Below, piece by piece: positions 39,141 through 50,098 of a DNA stretch of 64,000 nucleotides; position 1 is the stretch's first letter, and each line of letters opens with the position of its first letter. Made by a program: the position numbers and the translations under genes. The stretch spans positions 23,380 through 87,379 of the forward strand of contig CAVXFA010000054.1 in NCBI GenBank assembly GCA_963760605.1, given 5' to 3'. Source of the DNA: an uncultured delta proteobacterium. GTDB lineage: Bacteria; Desulfobacterota; SM23-61. The notes beneath the pieces were generated by a model. It searched no databases. It saw nothing but the letters and a program-made list of their open reading frames with translations, and was not told the origin of the DNA.

Positions 39141-39758
39141 TCGGCGATCGATCTAAAACCTTTCCAAGAAATATCTTATCTTACCCGGGGGGCCCCATAA
39201 CGGTAGGAGAATCAGGCTGGTCCACCTGGTAAAGTATGTCAAAATAATTATTGGATATATTGGCAGTCGCATGGAAACAATGGAAACAAACGATCCCAAT
39301 ACATACCAGGGCATAACCCCCCAAAGGATAGGGGCATCCTCGGCAGCTATAAGAGTGTTTAGCAAAACTGAGACCAGGGACGGGCAGCAATAAAACCAGT
39401 ATAAAAGAAAGGAAGCCCTCTTGCAAGAGAAGAAGGAAAGGCAGTGTGTTCCCGGCCTCCGACAGCCCTAATAAGTTGATGGGGTCATCCAACCCGGGTC
39501 ACGCTGGAGGCTGGGTTGGGAGGCTTCTCCTGCTTGATCTCAGAAGGAGGTGGAGGAAAAAGAAGCAGCGTAGTAAAATATAGATGGCGTAACCAATAGA
39601 CCGCTGTCCACGCAATTTTAGGCTAGGGCACCGAATCTGATTTGCGGTTAAAAAGGGAGCAAGGATCATGATTTGTGCCAGTTTGAAAGAACTTCTACTA
39701 ATTTTTTTGATTTCTGTTCTTGGGTTCGCAATTCAAAGCACCGATGGGGAACCAGGAG

Positions 39759-40928
39759 ATGGCGACGCCGAAGATATTCACGCGTGATTTTATCCTCAGT
39801 TTCTCTTCGCAATTTGCATTCTCATCTGCTTTTTGCATTCTTATTCCTACCATTCCGATCTACCTTTTGAGATTTGGAGCCAAGGAGGGGGAGATCGGTT
39901 TTCTAGTCGGAATTTTCAGTGTGTCCTCATTGATCCTTCGTCCTTTTGTGGGAAGAGCTCTCTTAAGAACCCCTGAAAGAAACTTCATGATCGCCGGGAC
40001 GTTGATCTGCGTATTCTCCAACCTGGCCTATCTCGTTGCCCCGCCTTTTTGGCCCCTTTTGATTGTAAGAGCCTTTCATGGCATCGGATTAGCCCTCTTT
40101 TCGACCGCCTCTTTTACCCTCTTAGCCAATATAACCCCCGAAACGAACCGGGGCCGTCTCGTTAGTTACTTTTATTTATCTTTCAATCTCGCTTTTGCCT
40201 TGGGGCCGTACTTCGGAATGGTGTTCCTAAATAGATTTAATTTCACCGTTCTTTTTCTGGTCGGCACGGGTCTATCTTTGGGCTCTCTCTATATGACAAC
40301 GAAATTGAGTAAGAGGAAACTCATTCCATCGGAGGATCTCTCCCGAAAGTTCCAACCGTTTTTGAGCCGGGAAGCACTTCCACCGTCCATTATCGCTTTC
40401 ATGCTCAACATTATCTGGGGATCTTTGAGTGCCTTCTTTCCCCTGTATGCCTTGAGGCACGGGGTTGCAAATCCTGGAATCTTCTTTATCTTTTTAGCCG
40501 GTACCCTCTTTCTAGGTCGTATTTTTGGCGGCAGGATATTGGATATCTACAGCCGGGAGAAAGTGATTATGCCTTGCTTCATCCTGATCGTCGTTTCCAT
40601 CGCCATTCTCGTATTCTCAACCACTCTCGCGATGTTTATTCTGGTGGCAGTAATTTTAGGGACGGGATGGGCGCTCCTCTATCCCTTCTTAATGATTCAT
40701 GCCATTGAGAATGCAGGTTCCGCACAGGGTCCAGCTATGGCCACTTTTACAGCACTGGGTGACTTGGGCGCAGGCCTAGGTCCGATGATCATGGGCTTCA
40801 TTCTTGAATGGATGGGTTATCCGATTATGTTATCCTGCTTAATTCTCACCGGAGGCATCAATTTTCTATATTTTTATTATTCCATCGGAAAAAAGGCAAG
40901 AGTTGGGGAATTCTTGAAGGCGCCGTAG
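39759..40928 (+). CDS. MFS transporter
   Basis: 12 TM pattern, RAFHGIG, GRILDIYSR. Confidence 0.87.
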   Translation: MATPKIFTRDFILSFSSQFAFSSAFCILIPTIPIYLLRFGAKEGEIGFLVGIFSVSSLILRPFVGRALLRTPERNFMIAGTLICVFSNLAYLVAPPFWPLLIVRAFHGIGLALFSTASFTLLANITPETNRGRLVSYFYLSFNLAFALGPYFGMVFLNRFNFTVLFLVGTGLSLGSLYMTTKLSKRKLIPSEDLSRKFQPFLSREALPPSIIAFMLNIIWGSLSAFFPLYALRHGVANPGIFFIFLAGTLFLGRIFGGRILDIYSREKVIMPCFILIVVSIAILVFSTTLAMFILVAVILGTGWALLYPFLMIHAIENAGSAQGPAMATFTALGDLGAGLGPMIMGFILEWMGYPIMLSCLILTGGINFLYFYYSIGKKARVGEFLKAP

Positions 40929-41099
40929 GTTGCAAGCCGCTGAGCTCAGTCTGGGGGAATGGAAGAGGGGGCAATTTGACCGGGTTGGTCATATTGGGCT
41001 TACCTATCATAAGGCCATCTAGGCGATGGAAACGTTTTTGGCTACAAGAAAGTCAGAAGAATCGTTTCGCTAACCAATGCTCAAAAAGGGGGGTCATGA

Positions 41100-41738
41100 A
41101 TGTCTCTGCTAACCATTCGGGGTCAGTTGGGAAGTGGGGCACCGGAAATAGGGAAACAAGTCGCCGAGGTGCTGCAGGCTAACTACGTTGACCGTGAGAT
41201 TATCGCTGAAGTAGCTGCCAGACTTCATCGGCAAGAGAAAGACGTGATTGCGAAAGAAATGCCGCCGAGTAGTCTCCTCGGTCGCATCGCCGAAGCCTTG
41301 GAACGTGCCGCTCCCTTTGGTGTGGGCTTTGAGGGCGCATATCTACCCGCTTGGGAAATCCCCCTCAACGATACTCGTTATTTGCAAGCCCTGAAGTCTG
41401 TTGTTAGGGAACTGGCTCGAAGCCAGTCGCTTGTGATCCATGGCCGAGGGGGTCAGTTCATCCTCGGAGATTATCCCCAGGCCTTTCACGTTCAAGTGGT
41501 GGCACCCCTCGAGGTGCGGGTGAAGCGCGTCATGCAGGATCTCAAGCTCGACCCAGAGAGTGCTAAGCAGGAGATCGCGCGCTTTGACAACAGCAGTCGC
41601 CAGTTTATCAAGAGGTATTTTCAGGCTGAGCTGGAAGATCCGGTATACTATGACCTCGTTATCAATACGAAGAGCCTCAGCTTTCAGGCCGCTGCTTCAA
41701 TTGTCGTGGATGCCCTCTCTTTCAAGGACCGAACATAA
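41100..41738 (+). CDS. Cytidylate kinase-like family protein
   Basis: TIRGQLGSGA, VIHGRGG, YYDLVINT. Confidence 0.85.
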   Translation: MSLLTIRGQLGSGAPEIGKQVAEVLQANYVDREIIAEVAARLHRQEKDVIAKEMPPSSLLGRIAEALERAAPFGVGFEGAYLPAWEIPLNDTRYLQALKSVVRELARSQSLVIHGRGGQFILGDYPQAFHVQVVAPLEVRVKRVMQDLKLDPESAKQEIARFDNSSRQFIKRYFQAELEDPVYYDLVINTKSLSFQAAASIVVDALSFKDRT

Positions 41739-41814
41739 AAATTCAAAGGCAGGATGGCATTTCCCCCGAGAGCGATGACCATCCGCCGCCCCTCAGATCT
41801 TGCAGCCGGCTGTT

Positions 41815-43168
41815 TCACAGGCTAATTTTTCCTTTGGCTAAAATATTTCTCTGACCAATAAAGTTCTCTACCACCTGCTCAAGAGTGGGCTTCCCCCAAT
41901 CCTCTACGCGATAAGTTACCCGCAGAATTGGATGGTCAATCGCAATCAAGCGGCTGAGGTCAATCGGAGTTGCGATGAGGACCCAGTCGCAGGGAGTCTG
42001 CCGTATGGTAGCCTCCAGGTCCCGAAGTTGTTGGGGGAAATACCCCTCCGCGGGTAATACTTCCTTCAGATGCGGGTAACTGTCAAAGCAAGCTCTTAAG
42101 GGATCCGACAGCATGAGCCCGGGGGTCCGCCAGCTCAGCTGCACCATATTGCCTCGCGGCCAGTGCTCCGGCCCCATAAGCCATACCCCCATGCGTAACC
42201 GTCGGGCCGTCCTCCACCACCAGGACCCTTTTCCCCCGAATCTTCTCTCCCCCTTCCACATAGATCCGGGAAGCCGTCTTGATTAAGACAGCCCGGGGGT
42301 TTGATTTAGCGGCCGATTTCATGAGTTGTTCTACATCTTCTCTTTTGGCCGAATCCATCTTGTTGATGACCAAGACTTGGGCCCTTAAGAAGTTTACCTC
42401 ACCGGGATGGTAAAGCCGCTCATGGCCAGGACGGTGAGGATCCAGCACCACAATTTCCAAATCCGGCTTTATGAAGGAGAAGTCATTATTCCCGCCATCC
42501 CAGAGGAGAACCTGGGCCTCTTTCTGAGCTGCCTCCAGGATCGCCCGGTAATCGACCCCGGCATAGACCAGGATTCCCTTTCTGACCAGGTGCTCATACT
42601 CTTCCCGTTCCTCCACCGTGCAGAGATATTTGTCCAGGTCTTCCATAGTGGCAAACCTCTCCACCCGCATTCGCTTTAAATCGCAGTAAGGCATGGGATG
42701 GCGGATGACCACAGACCGAATAGAGCGCGCATTCAGAAATTCCCAGATGCGTTCGGTAACCCCGCTTTTGCCGCAGCCCGTTCGCACGGCACAGACGGAG
42801 ATCACCGGGATGGAGGCCTTCAGCATAGTCCTCTCGGGCCCTAACAGCACGAAGTCTGCCCCTAAAGACAATGCCCGAGACGCCCGATGCATAACTTCCA
42901 CATGGGAGAGGTCACTGTAAGCGAAGACCACCTGCTGAACTCTTTGGCTTCGGACAACGTCGGGAAGGTTTTCTTCTGGAAGGATAGGAATCCCTTCGGG
43001 ATACAATGGCCCGGCGAGCTCCGGGGGAAAGAGCCGATTTTCGATCCCGGGAATTTGAGCGGCTGTGAAGGCCACCACCTCCGCTGCGGCATTGTCGCGG
43101 TAAGAGACTTGGAAATTATGAAAATCCCTTCCCGCCGCACCCATGATGACAACTCTGGTTCTCTCCAT
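41815..43168 (-). pseudogene. Cyclic 2,3-diphosphoglycerate synthase-like GTPase, with a +1 frameshift near 42100
   Basis: MGAAGRDFHN, RTGCGKS, WDGGNND, EDGPT, then in the shifted frame LPAEGY..IATPIDL. May be an assembly indel. Confidence 0.8.
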
Positions 43169-43349
43169 ATCTTCTCCTGGGGCAATGATCTGATTTCAGA
43201 GTACAGCGAAATGGACCCCGTTGCAAGCCTGGGAAAAGCTGTTTCCCCGCCAGCCCCTTTTTCTCGCATCTTTTTTCCTTTCCGATCATCCTCTTTTGTG
43301 CGATAAAATTTGGGGAGGATGCAATGCCCAGTATGGGGAGCTTTTAAGG

Positions 43350-44231
43350 ATGGACTATCTTGTACGTATTATGGGCGACAAGTACAACGTCATCGGGCTG
43401 GCCTGTGTCACCACGGGCTTGGTGGATGAAGCCAGGCATCTTCATGGGACCTCGCGCACGGCCTCAGCCGCGCTGGGAAGAGCTCTCACGGGTAGCCTAC
43501 TGATGGGCGCCCTCCTGAAACGCGGCCAGCGGGTGGGTCTCAAATTCGAGGGAAGCGGGCCGCTGAAAAAAATCATGGTCGAGGCAGATCACGGCGGTAC
43601 CGTCCGCGGCTTCGTAGGGGTCCCCGGCGTGGAGGTGCCCCTAAACGATGAGAAGTTAAATGTCTCCGGCGCCCTGGGAAGTGAAGGGTTCCTCACAGTA
43701 ATCAAGGATCTGGGCCTGAAGGAGCCCTACCGGGGGATCGTAAAACTTCTGACCGGTGAGATCGCTGAAGACATCGCGTACTACTTTTCCGAATCGGAAC
43801 AGATCCCTTCCGCGGTGGGCCTGGGAGTTTTTGTGAAACCCGACGGAAAGGTTTCTGCTGCAGGTGGCTTTCTGATCCAATCCCTTCCCCCCTCGGAAGA
43901 GCAAACTGTGGAGCAACTCGTTGAGAACATTCGGAGGATGCCATTCGTCACGGACCTCCTCAGGGGAGGAAAAACCCCGGAGGATATCCTCGCCATGATT
44001 TTTTCCGGCATTCCCTATCAGGTGCTGGGGAGGAGGGATCTCTTCCTCCGATGTACCTGCAGCAGGGAGCGGATCGAGAGGGTCCTCATCTCGCTGGGGA
44101 GCGTAGAATTGCAAAGGATCATTGCCGAGCGGGGGGAGACGGATGTCACCTGCGAATTCTGCCGGTCGAATTATCACTTCGCCCGGAAGGAATTGGAAGA
44201 CCTGCGGCGGGAGATCAGCCTTACTCAGTGA
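43350..44231 (+). CDS. hslO: Hsp33 redox-regulated chaperone
   Basis: [27 protein letters not shown] zinc motif. Confidence 0.92.
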   Translation: MDYLVRIMGDKYNVIGLACVTTGLVDEARHLHGTSRTASAALGRALTGSLLMGALLKRGQRVGLKFEGSGPLKKIMVEADHGGTVRGFVGVPGVEVPLNDEKLNVSGALGSEGFLTVIKDLGLKEPYRGIVKLLTGEIAEDIAYYFSESEQIPSAVGLGVFVKPDGKVSAAGGFLIQSLPPSEEQTVEQLVENIRRMPFVTDLLRGGKTPEDILAMIFSGIPYQVLGRRDLFLRCTCSRERIERVLISLGSVELQRIIAERGETDVTCEFCRSNYHFARKELEDLRREISLTQ

Positions 44232-44324
44232 GGCTTCAGGATGGGCGTTACCTACACCCGGCCACTCCCTTTTCCTCCTTGCTGCATGGGGTCATTCTCT
44301 GGGCCTTCTGTGGTGAATGAATTT

Positions 44325-45518
44325 TTAATTGTTTTTTATTAGATGCCGCACGGCTTTATCCAAGCCATCCAGGGTAAGCTCAAACATGGGGAAGATCTGC
44401 TGGATTGACCGAATGGTACGGACATACGGCCATTCATGCTCGAACCGGGGGTTGAACCACGCGGCATGGCGGAAGATTTTGGCTAATAGATGCAGCCGGT
44501 CTACGGAGGAGTAAGTGCTACGCTCTTCAATGTGGATCGAGCCGTCCACGGCCATGAGTTCGTACGGCGCCATGCTGGCATCGCCGACGATGATCAATCG
44601 GGTCTCCGGATCGAAGCGAGAAAGCTCTTCGATTTTCAGAGGCTGTCGCCGCCGGGGTGGGTCGGCCCATACATAATCATAGATGGTGTTGTGAAAATAG
44701 TAGGTTTTCAGATCTTTGAACTGGTCCCGGGCGTAATGAAACAGGAGCTGGACCACCTCCACAAAAGGTTCCATCGACCAGCCACCGTTATCGATCATCA
44801 GGATAACCTTCAGCCGGTCTTTGAGGCGGCGGTCGAAGACAATTTCGATCTCGCCCGCATTGCGCATTGTTTCATAAATGGTTTTATCTACGTTCACCTG
44901 ATCTTTGGGTCCAACAGGGATCATGTGCCGCAAACGTTTCAAAGCCTCGCCCATCTGAGAATGAGTGATGGGTCCCTCCTGGGAATAGTCCCGGTACCTT
45001 CGATCCAGGGCCACCTTGACCGCGCTCTGGCCTTGCGACCGCCCCCCAACCCGCATACCGCCTGGATGATGACCCGAGTGGCCGACTGGAGAGGTCCCGC
45101 CTGTGCCGATCCACTTGTTCCCCCCACGGTGGGCCTCGGTTTGCTCTTTGAGCCGTTGTAAAAAATATTCGATAAGCTGTTGCGGGGTCAGCCGGGCAAG
45201 TTCCTCTTCCTCCACGCCCAAGGCCCGGGCCACGCCTTGAGGATCGCGCAGCCACTCCTCGAGCAGCATCTGCGCTGCCTCGTTCAAATCAATCCCTGCA
45301 GCATCCGGCACCTCCGCCCCCCGAAAGTAATAAGCAAACACCTGATCGTAAAGATCAAAATAGCGCTCGCTTTTAACGAGGATGGAGCGGGCCGCGGTGT
45401 AGAAATCCTCCAAGGAATTCACCAAGCCCAGGCTGAGGGCTTTTTGCAGGCGCAGAAAGGAAGTGGGCGTTACGGGAATCTCCCTGTCCCGAAGTTTATA
45501 GAAGAATTCTACAAACAA
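44325..45518 (-). CDS. VWA-containing CoxE-like protein
   Basis: GGNKWIGTGGTSP, DNGGWSM, YYFHN, VGDASMAPYEL. Confidence 0.85.
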   Translation of the reverse strand: MFVEFFYKLRDREIPVTPTSFLRLQKALSLGLVNSLEDFYTAARSILVKSERYFDLYDQVFAYYFRGAEVPDAAGIDLNEAAQMLLEEWLRDPQGVARALGVEEEELARLTPQQLIEYFLQRLKEQTEAHRGGNKWIGTGGTSPVGHSGHHPGGMRVGGRSQGQSAVKVALDRRYRDYSQEGPITHSQMGEALKRLRHMIPVGPKDQVNVDKTIYETMRNAGEIEIVFDRRLKDRLKVILMIDNGGWSMEPFVEVVQLLFHYARDQFKDLKTYYFHNTIYDYVWADPPRRRQPLKIEELSRFDPETRLIIVGDASMAPYELMAVDGSIHIEERSTYSSVDRLHLLAKIFRHAAWFNPRFEHEWPYVRTIRSIQQIFPMFELTLDGLDKAVRHLIKNN

Positions 45519-45527
45519 GTTCCCCCC

Positions 45528-46379
45528 CTATTTGCTCAAGCGGGCAATGTGCTGGGTGGCCACCATATAGTCGGAACTCTTCTTGAAAAGCACGCCCAGG
45601 TAGGGCACCTCGCCCTTGCTCAGCCTCCCGGGCCGAAAATCCCCGTCGCAGCGGACGGCCCGGATCCAGTTGATCAGCTCCCGGGTGGCGGGTTTCTTCT
45701 CTATCCCGGGGATTTCCCGCAAACGGTAAAAAGTCTCGATACAAGCCCTGGCTAGATCCCGGTCCAACTGGGGGAAATGCACGCCGATAATCTCCCGCAT
45801 GATCTCCGGGGTGGGAAAAGCAATGTGGTGGAAGTTACACCGTCCCAGGAAAGGATCGGACAAGTCTTTCTTCGCGTTGCTCGTGATGACCATCACCGGT
45901 CGATGCTTGGCCATGATGGTCTTGTCGATCTCAACGATGTCAAAACTCATCTGATCCAGCACATCCAGCATGTCGTCCTGAAAATCTGTATCCGCCTTGT
46001 CGATTTCATCGATCAAGAGCACCACCCGCACGTCGGAGACGAAGGCCTGCCCGATCTTACCCATCTTGATGTATTCTTCAATATTGCTCACGTCGCGCTG
46101 GGAATCGCCAAAACGGCTGTCATTGAGCCGAGTCAGGGTATCGTATTGGTAGAGGGCATCCACCAGTTTCATGCTGGACTTCACGTTCAGGACAATAAGG
46201 GCCATATTCAAGGCTTCAGTAATGGCATGAGCCAGCATGGTTTTGCCCGTGCCCGGCTCCCCTTTCAGCAGCAGCGGTAACTCCAGCTCCATAGAAATAT
46301 TTACGATCTTGGCCAGTTCAGGGTCGAGCACATACTTGGAAGCACCGATAAAGCGCTGGCCCGGCAATTTTGAATTCAT
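45528..46379 (-). CDS. MoxR/CoxD-family AAA+ ATPase
   Basis: GEPGTGKT, LIDEIDKAD, KKPATRELINW. Confidence 0.9.
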   Translation of the reverse strand: MNSKLPGQRFIGASKYVLDPELAKIVNISMELELPLLLKGEPGTGKTMLAHAITEALNMALIVLNVKSSMKLVDALYQYDTLTRLNDSRFGDSQRDVSNIEEYIKMGKIGQAFVSDVRVVLLIDEIDKADTDFQDDMLDVLDQMSFDIVEIDKTIMAKHRPVMVITSNAKKDLSDPFLGRCNFHHIAFPTPEIMREIIGVHFPQLDRDLARACIETFYRLREIPGIEKKPATRELINWIRAVRCDGDFRPGRLSKGEVPYLGVLFKKSSDYMVATQHIARLSK

Positions 46380-46812
46380 ACCCGCACTCCTTGTCTTCTC
46401 CTCCCCTAAATTTTACAAAGTGTTCTAAAGGATTCTGTTTTCACTCATTTTACCCGCTCGCCCGGAAAGGTTCAACCATAACTTTGCCCCCGACCTATGA
46501 ATTTCAGATTTAGGTTTTAAATCAGGCCTTTTCATGTAGATTTTCCGTAGACTCGAACTCCTGATGTCAATGTTGATTTCTTTAAAAATAACCGTAAGTT
46601 AGCAACAAATTTCATAGGGCCCCCTTATTCATGTGGAAGTTTTCCGGTAGCGCCACGGTACGTTAACCCTAACCCCAACCCGATTGGATGGCGCGAAGGG
46701 GGCATTCTTTGGCGATAAAGATGGGCCCCCGTTCTTCCGATAAGAATGTTGAGTCTTTTTGTTTTATTAAGATTTTTTGCTTGAGGAAGATTCATCAGAG
46801 CGATTTTAATCA

Positions 46813-48261
46813 ATGGGGAAAATATCTAAAAAAACCCTGGCAGTCCTTTTCTTTCTCGTTTTCGCTATCATTGGCAGCGATCGTTTCCTCACTCAATATT
46901 ACAAGCTTGACCCTCATTTGCGCCAATTCTCCCGCAATGGGCTCAAAGCTCTGGCTCTTTATGAGCTCCGGCAATACAGCAAAGCTTCTCAGGCCTGGCG
47001 CGATCATTATGGATTATCCTATGACCCCACTTTAATCGAAATTTTAAAATCAGCTCTGCTTAAGCAAATAGCCGAAGACCCCGATAAAATTGATAATGAT
47101 CTGCGCCTCGCGGATGTGTATTTTTCCGTGGCAGACTATCCCAACGCTACGATTACCTACCGAAACGCCCTCCAGAAGAATAAAAATATGTACGATGCAA
47201 AAGTTGGATTGGCTTCGAGCCTTGCGGTCCAAGGTAAACATCACGAATCTCAAGCTGTGTTCGAGGATCTCCTCAATCAAGATTACCATGAAAAAAACAT
47301 AACCAGCTTCCTTAATTTTCTTGATGCCCTCGGCAAGCTCGAGAATTCAAATACCCCCAACAAAGGAGATTTGTATTTAACCATAGCTTATGCCTATCGT
47401 TATTTAAGCATCATTGATAATAGGAAATCCGAGGAAGTCATCTCCTATTCCAACAAGGCGATTTCAGCTAATAAAAATCTTGATAAAGCTTTCTCCTGTA
47501 AAGGAGTTATATACACGAAAGAAAAAAATTATGAACTGGCCTTAGAACAATTCTCAAAAGTATTGGAGCTGAATCCTTTGAGTGCTGAGGCTTACGACAA
47601 AATAGCGTATATTTATGGAGAAGTGGGGAATCTGGAGAAGGAGCTTGAATATTATAAGAGGGCAGCCACCACAGAAGAAAAGAACCCCCATTATGCTTAC
47701 AATCTCGGCCGGATTCTGCAGAGAAAATATGGGGATATGAATCAAGCGAATCTCTACCTGCAAAAGGCCTATGAGATCGACCCTGATAATTTTGCCTATG
47801 CTTCCACATATGCATATACATTGGAAATGCTTAGACAATTTTCCGATGCCCTCGATGTTTATGAGACTATTATAAGAAAAAACCCAGAAAACCCCCGGGG
47901 GTATCTTTTAAAAGCCCATTGTTTTGTCAAAATGGAACGGTATGAGGATGCCATTAACCTATTCTTGAAAGCAAATACCCTATCTTCTCTAAATTTTAAT
48001 GCAGCCCGGGACCTGGCTTTAGCCTATGCCAACCTAAAGAATTTTGAAAATGCCATTTCTTTAACTGAATATGCTCTAAGAATCAAGCCCTATGATGTGG
48101 ATACCTTGTATTTTCTTCAGTCTCTCTACCGCCGACAAGGGAAGTATGAAGAAGCATACCGTGCGGTTAAGGAAATTCTCAGAATCCAACCCAATCATGC
48201 CGGCGCCCAGCGCGTCCTCCCCTACCTTCAAGGAAATTTAGGCAAGAGGCAATCCTCATGA
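46813..48261 (+). CDS. Membrane-anchored tetratricopeptide repeat protein
   Basis: N-terminal TM helix, many TPR-like repeats, AT-rich. Confidence 0.8.
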   Translation: MGKISKKTLAVLFFLVFAIIGSDRFLTQYYKLDPHLRQFSRNGLKALALYELRQYSKASQAWRDHYGLSYDPTLIEILKSALLKQIAEDPDKIDNDLRLADVYFSVADYPNATITYRNALQKNKNMYDAKVGLASSLAVQGKHHESQAVFEDLLNQDYHEKNITSFLNFLDALGKLENSNTPNKGDLYLTIAYAYRYLSIIDNRKSEEVISYSNKAISANKNLDKAFSCKGVIYTKEKNYELALEQFSKVLELNPLSAEAYDKIAYIYGEVGNLEKELEYYKRAATTEEKNPHYAYNLGRILQRKYGDMNQANLYLQKAYEIDPDNFAYASTYAYTLEMLRQFSDALDVYETIIRKNPENPRGYLLKAHCFVKMERYEDAINLFLKANTLSSLNFNAARDLALAYANLKNFENAISLTEYALRIKPYDVDTLYFLQSLYRRQGKYEEAYRAVKEILRIQPNHAGAQRVLPYLQGNLGKRQSS

Positions 48262-49280
48262 ACCTATTTCTTAAATATTTTCTGACCTATCCAGTTGTCT
48301 TTACCGTAATCCTTTGGGGGAATTCCATTTTTACGCATTACCGGATTATTGGAAACGTAATCTTCACCCTTATGCCTCTTGTTGCAGCCATGACCATGTA
48401 TCTCTGGATCATATTTTTAGCCGATGAATTTCTCCATTTCTTAGAAAGTCATGGCCCGATCCTATTCATGATCAAGAAGTTAAAGATCGGCAGCTTTATT
48501 ATGATTTGCTTTTACGCCATGATAGCTTCTGCCCTTTGGCTTAATGGAATTAGCTTAGAACCGGTCATTACCAAAACTACCAAAATAGTTTCCATATCCA
48601 ACGTAAATACGGGGACGTTTAATTATCGGCACTTAACCGTTGCCCCCTGGGATAATGAGATGGCTACGAGGAATATCCTTTTGACGGATGGAGATGAGGC
48701 GGACCTTTATACGGGTGAGGACACTGAAATATTCGTCAGAAAAGGAATTCTATCCTTTAATCGAGTGCTAGAAATTAGGCCAGACATGGAAAAATACTAT
48801 TTTAAGATGTTGCAGGCAGCACCGGATTCCAAAGTTGCCATCGGTGGGTTAATCAACCTATATTCAAAGAGAAATGAATTTGATTTGGCGCTGGAATGGT
48901 ATGATAAACTGGTTACAAAGTTCCCAGCCGAATACGATATTGGATTTGACCTGGGAGGTAAGCTGGTAGATGCCAAGAGATACAGACAAGCAGTAATTGT
49001 TTTAAGGAAAGTCGTAGAGGTAAAGAAAGATTATGATGTACTCTATATGCTGGGATATGCGCTTGCCTGGGCAGGAGAAAAGGATGAGGCTGAAAAATAT
49101 CTGATCCTGGCAACGGAACTGGATCCTACAGATTTTCGCGCTTTTTACAGTTTGGGATACGTTTACCGCGACACGGGTAGATATCTAAAAGCTAAGGAGG
49201 CGTGGGCCAAGGTGCTGCAACTTTTGCCGAACTTTCCTGAGGTGGAAAATAATATTAAATCCCTCGAAAAATATACGTAA
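48258..49280 (+). CDS. Multi-TM protein with C-terminal TPR repeats
   Basis: About 3 N-terminal TM helices, then TPRs; ATGA overlap with the previous gene. Confidence 0.8.
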   Translation: MNLFLKYFLTYPVVFTVILWGNSIFTHYRIIGNVIFTLMPLVAAMTMYLWIIFLADEFLHFLESHGPILFMIKKLKIGSFIMICFYAMIASALWLNGISLEPVITKTTKIVSISNVNTGTFNYRHLTVAPWDNEMATRNILLTDGDEADLYTGEDTEIFVRKGILSFNRVLEIRPDMEKYYFKMLQAAPDSKVAIGGLINLYSKRNEFDLALEWYDKLVTKFPAEYDIGFDLGGKLVDAKRYRQAVIVLRKVVEVKKDYDVLYMLGYALAWAGEKDEAEKYLILATELDPTDFRAFYSLGYVYRDTGRYLKAKEAWAKVLQLLPNFPEVENNIKSLEKYT

Positions 49281-49316
49281 GAGAATGGGGTGAGCCTTAA
49301 TCCCTTAACTTTTGAT

Positions 49317-49943
49317 CTAAGAGTTTTTCTGTAATCGTTTTTTCACCTCGTTGTTTTTCAGGAATTGTTCCAGAACCTCATAGGGCTGGGCTCCTACGAC
49401 CGTCCCGTTGTTGAGCACAAAGGTGGGAACTGCCGAAATCCCCATTGCCCGAGCCTGCGACCAATCGGAATCGACCGCTTTCCTGAAAGTCCTCAATTGC
49501 AGGACTTTTTTCGCTTCCTGCTCCGCAAGCCCCACGGATTTGGCCAGATCGGCCAATTCGTCCACTTTGCCGATATTTCTGCCTTCTACGAAATAGGCTC
49601 GGAAGACAGCTTCGTGAAATTCATCCCCCTTTCCCTGGGTTTCCGCCCACTTGGCTAACTCCTGAGCGAGCCGGCTGTTGAAGGTCATCTTTCGATTGCC
49701 GAGGGGCAAACCCAGTTCTTCCGCGACCTTCTTCAAACGCAGCCTCATTGCGTCCATGTCCACGCTACGTCCAGCAAAAAGTTCTTCGAGGGTAAGCCCT
49801 TCCTCGGGTATTTCGGGGTGGAGAGGAAAAGCCCTCCATTGGATTCCAATTTCATAATTCTTGTGCAACCGCTCAATACGCCCGGTACTGAAATAACACC
49901 AGGGTCAGATGTAATCAGAAAATATCTCCAGAACCACGGGCAT
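49317..49943 (-). CDS. DsbA/FrnE-family selenoprotein (UGA at 49905-49907, UPWC)
   Basis: MPVVLEIFSDYI-TGA-PWCYFSTG is in frame with the downstream FrnE domain; AAGGAGG RBS; hairpin 49873-49891. Confidence 0.88.
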
Positions 49944-50098
49944 CGTTTTCCTCCTTCCCCTTTATTTCTGCTTATTAGACAGGCGCCTCCATTTTTTCTG
50001 GCTTGGAATGAGCCCCCTGAGGATTTAAAGATAAAAATCCTGCCCAAAGTACTCTATAATAATAACCGGTAATTCTCTGAATGAAAAGGGGGCTCGCC

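Noticed and set aside
39141-39700. Mn/Mg riboswitch (yybP-ykoY or M-box) upstream of the Nramp gene
   Set aside because: No conserved motif found on the minus strand by eye; the small ORFs there are also unsupported
42083-42085. TGA in the GTPase gene as a third selenocysteine
   Set aside because: Homology continues in a different frame, so this is a frameshift rather than read-through
46631-46666. Leader or precursor peptide upstream of the TPR genes
   Set aside because: Only 11 codons, no RBS and no modifying enzyme nearby
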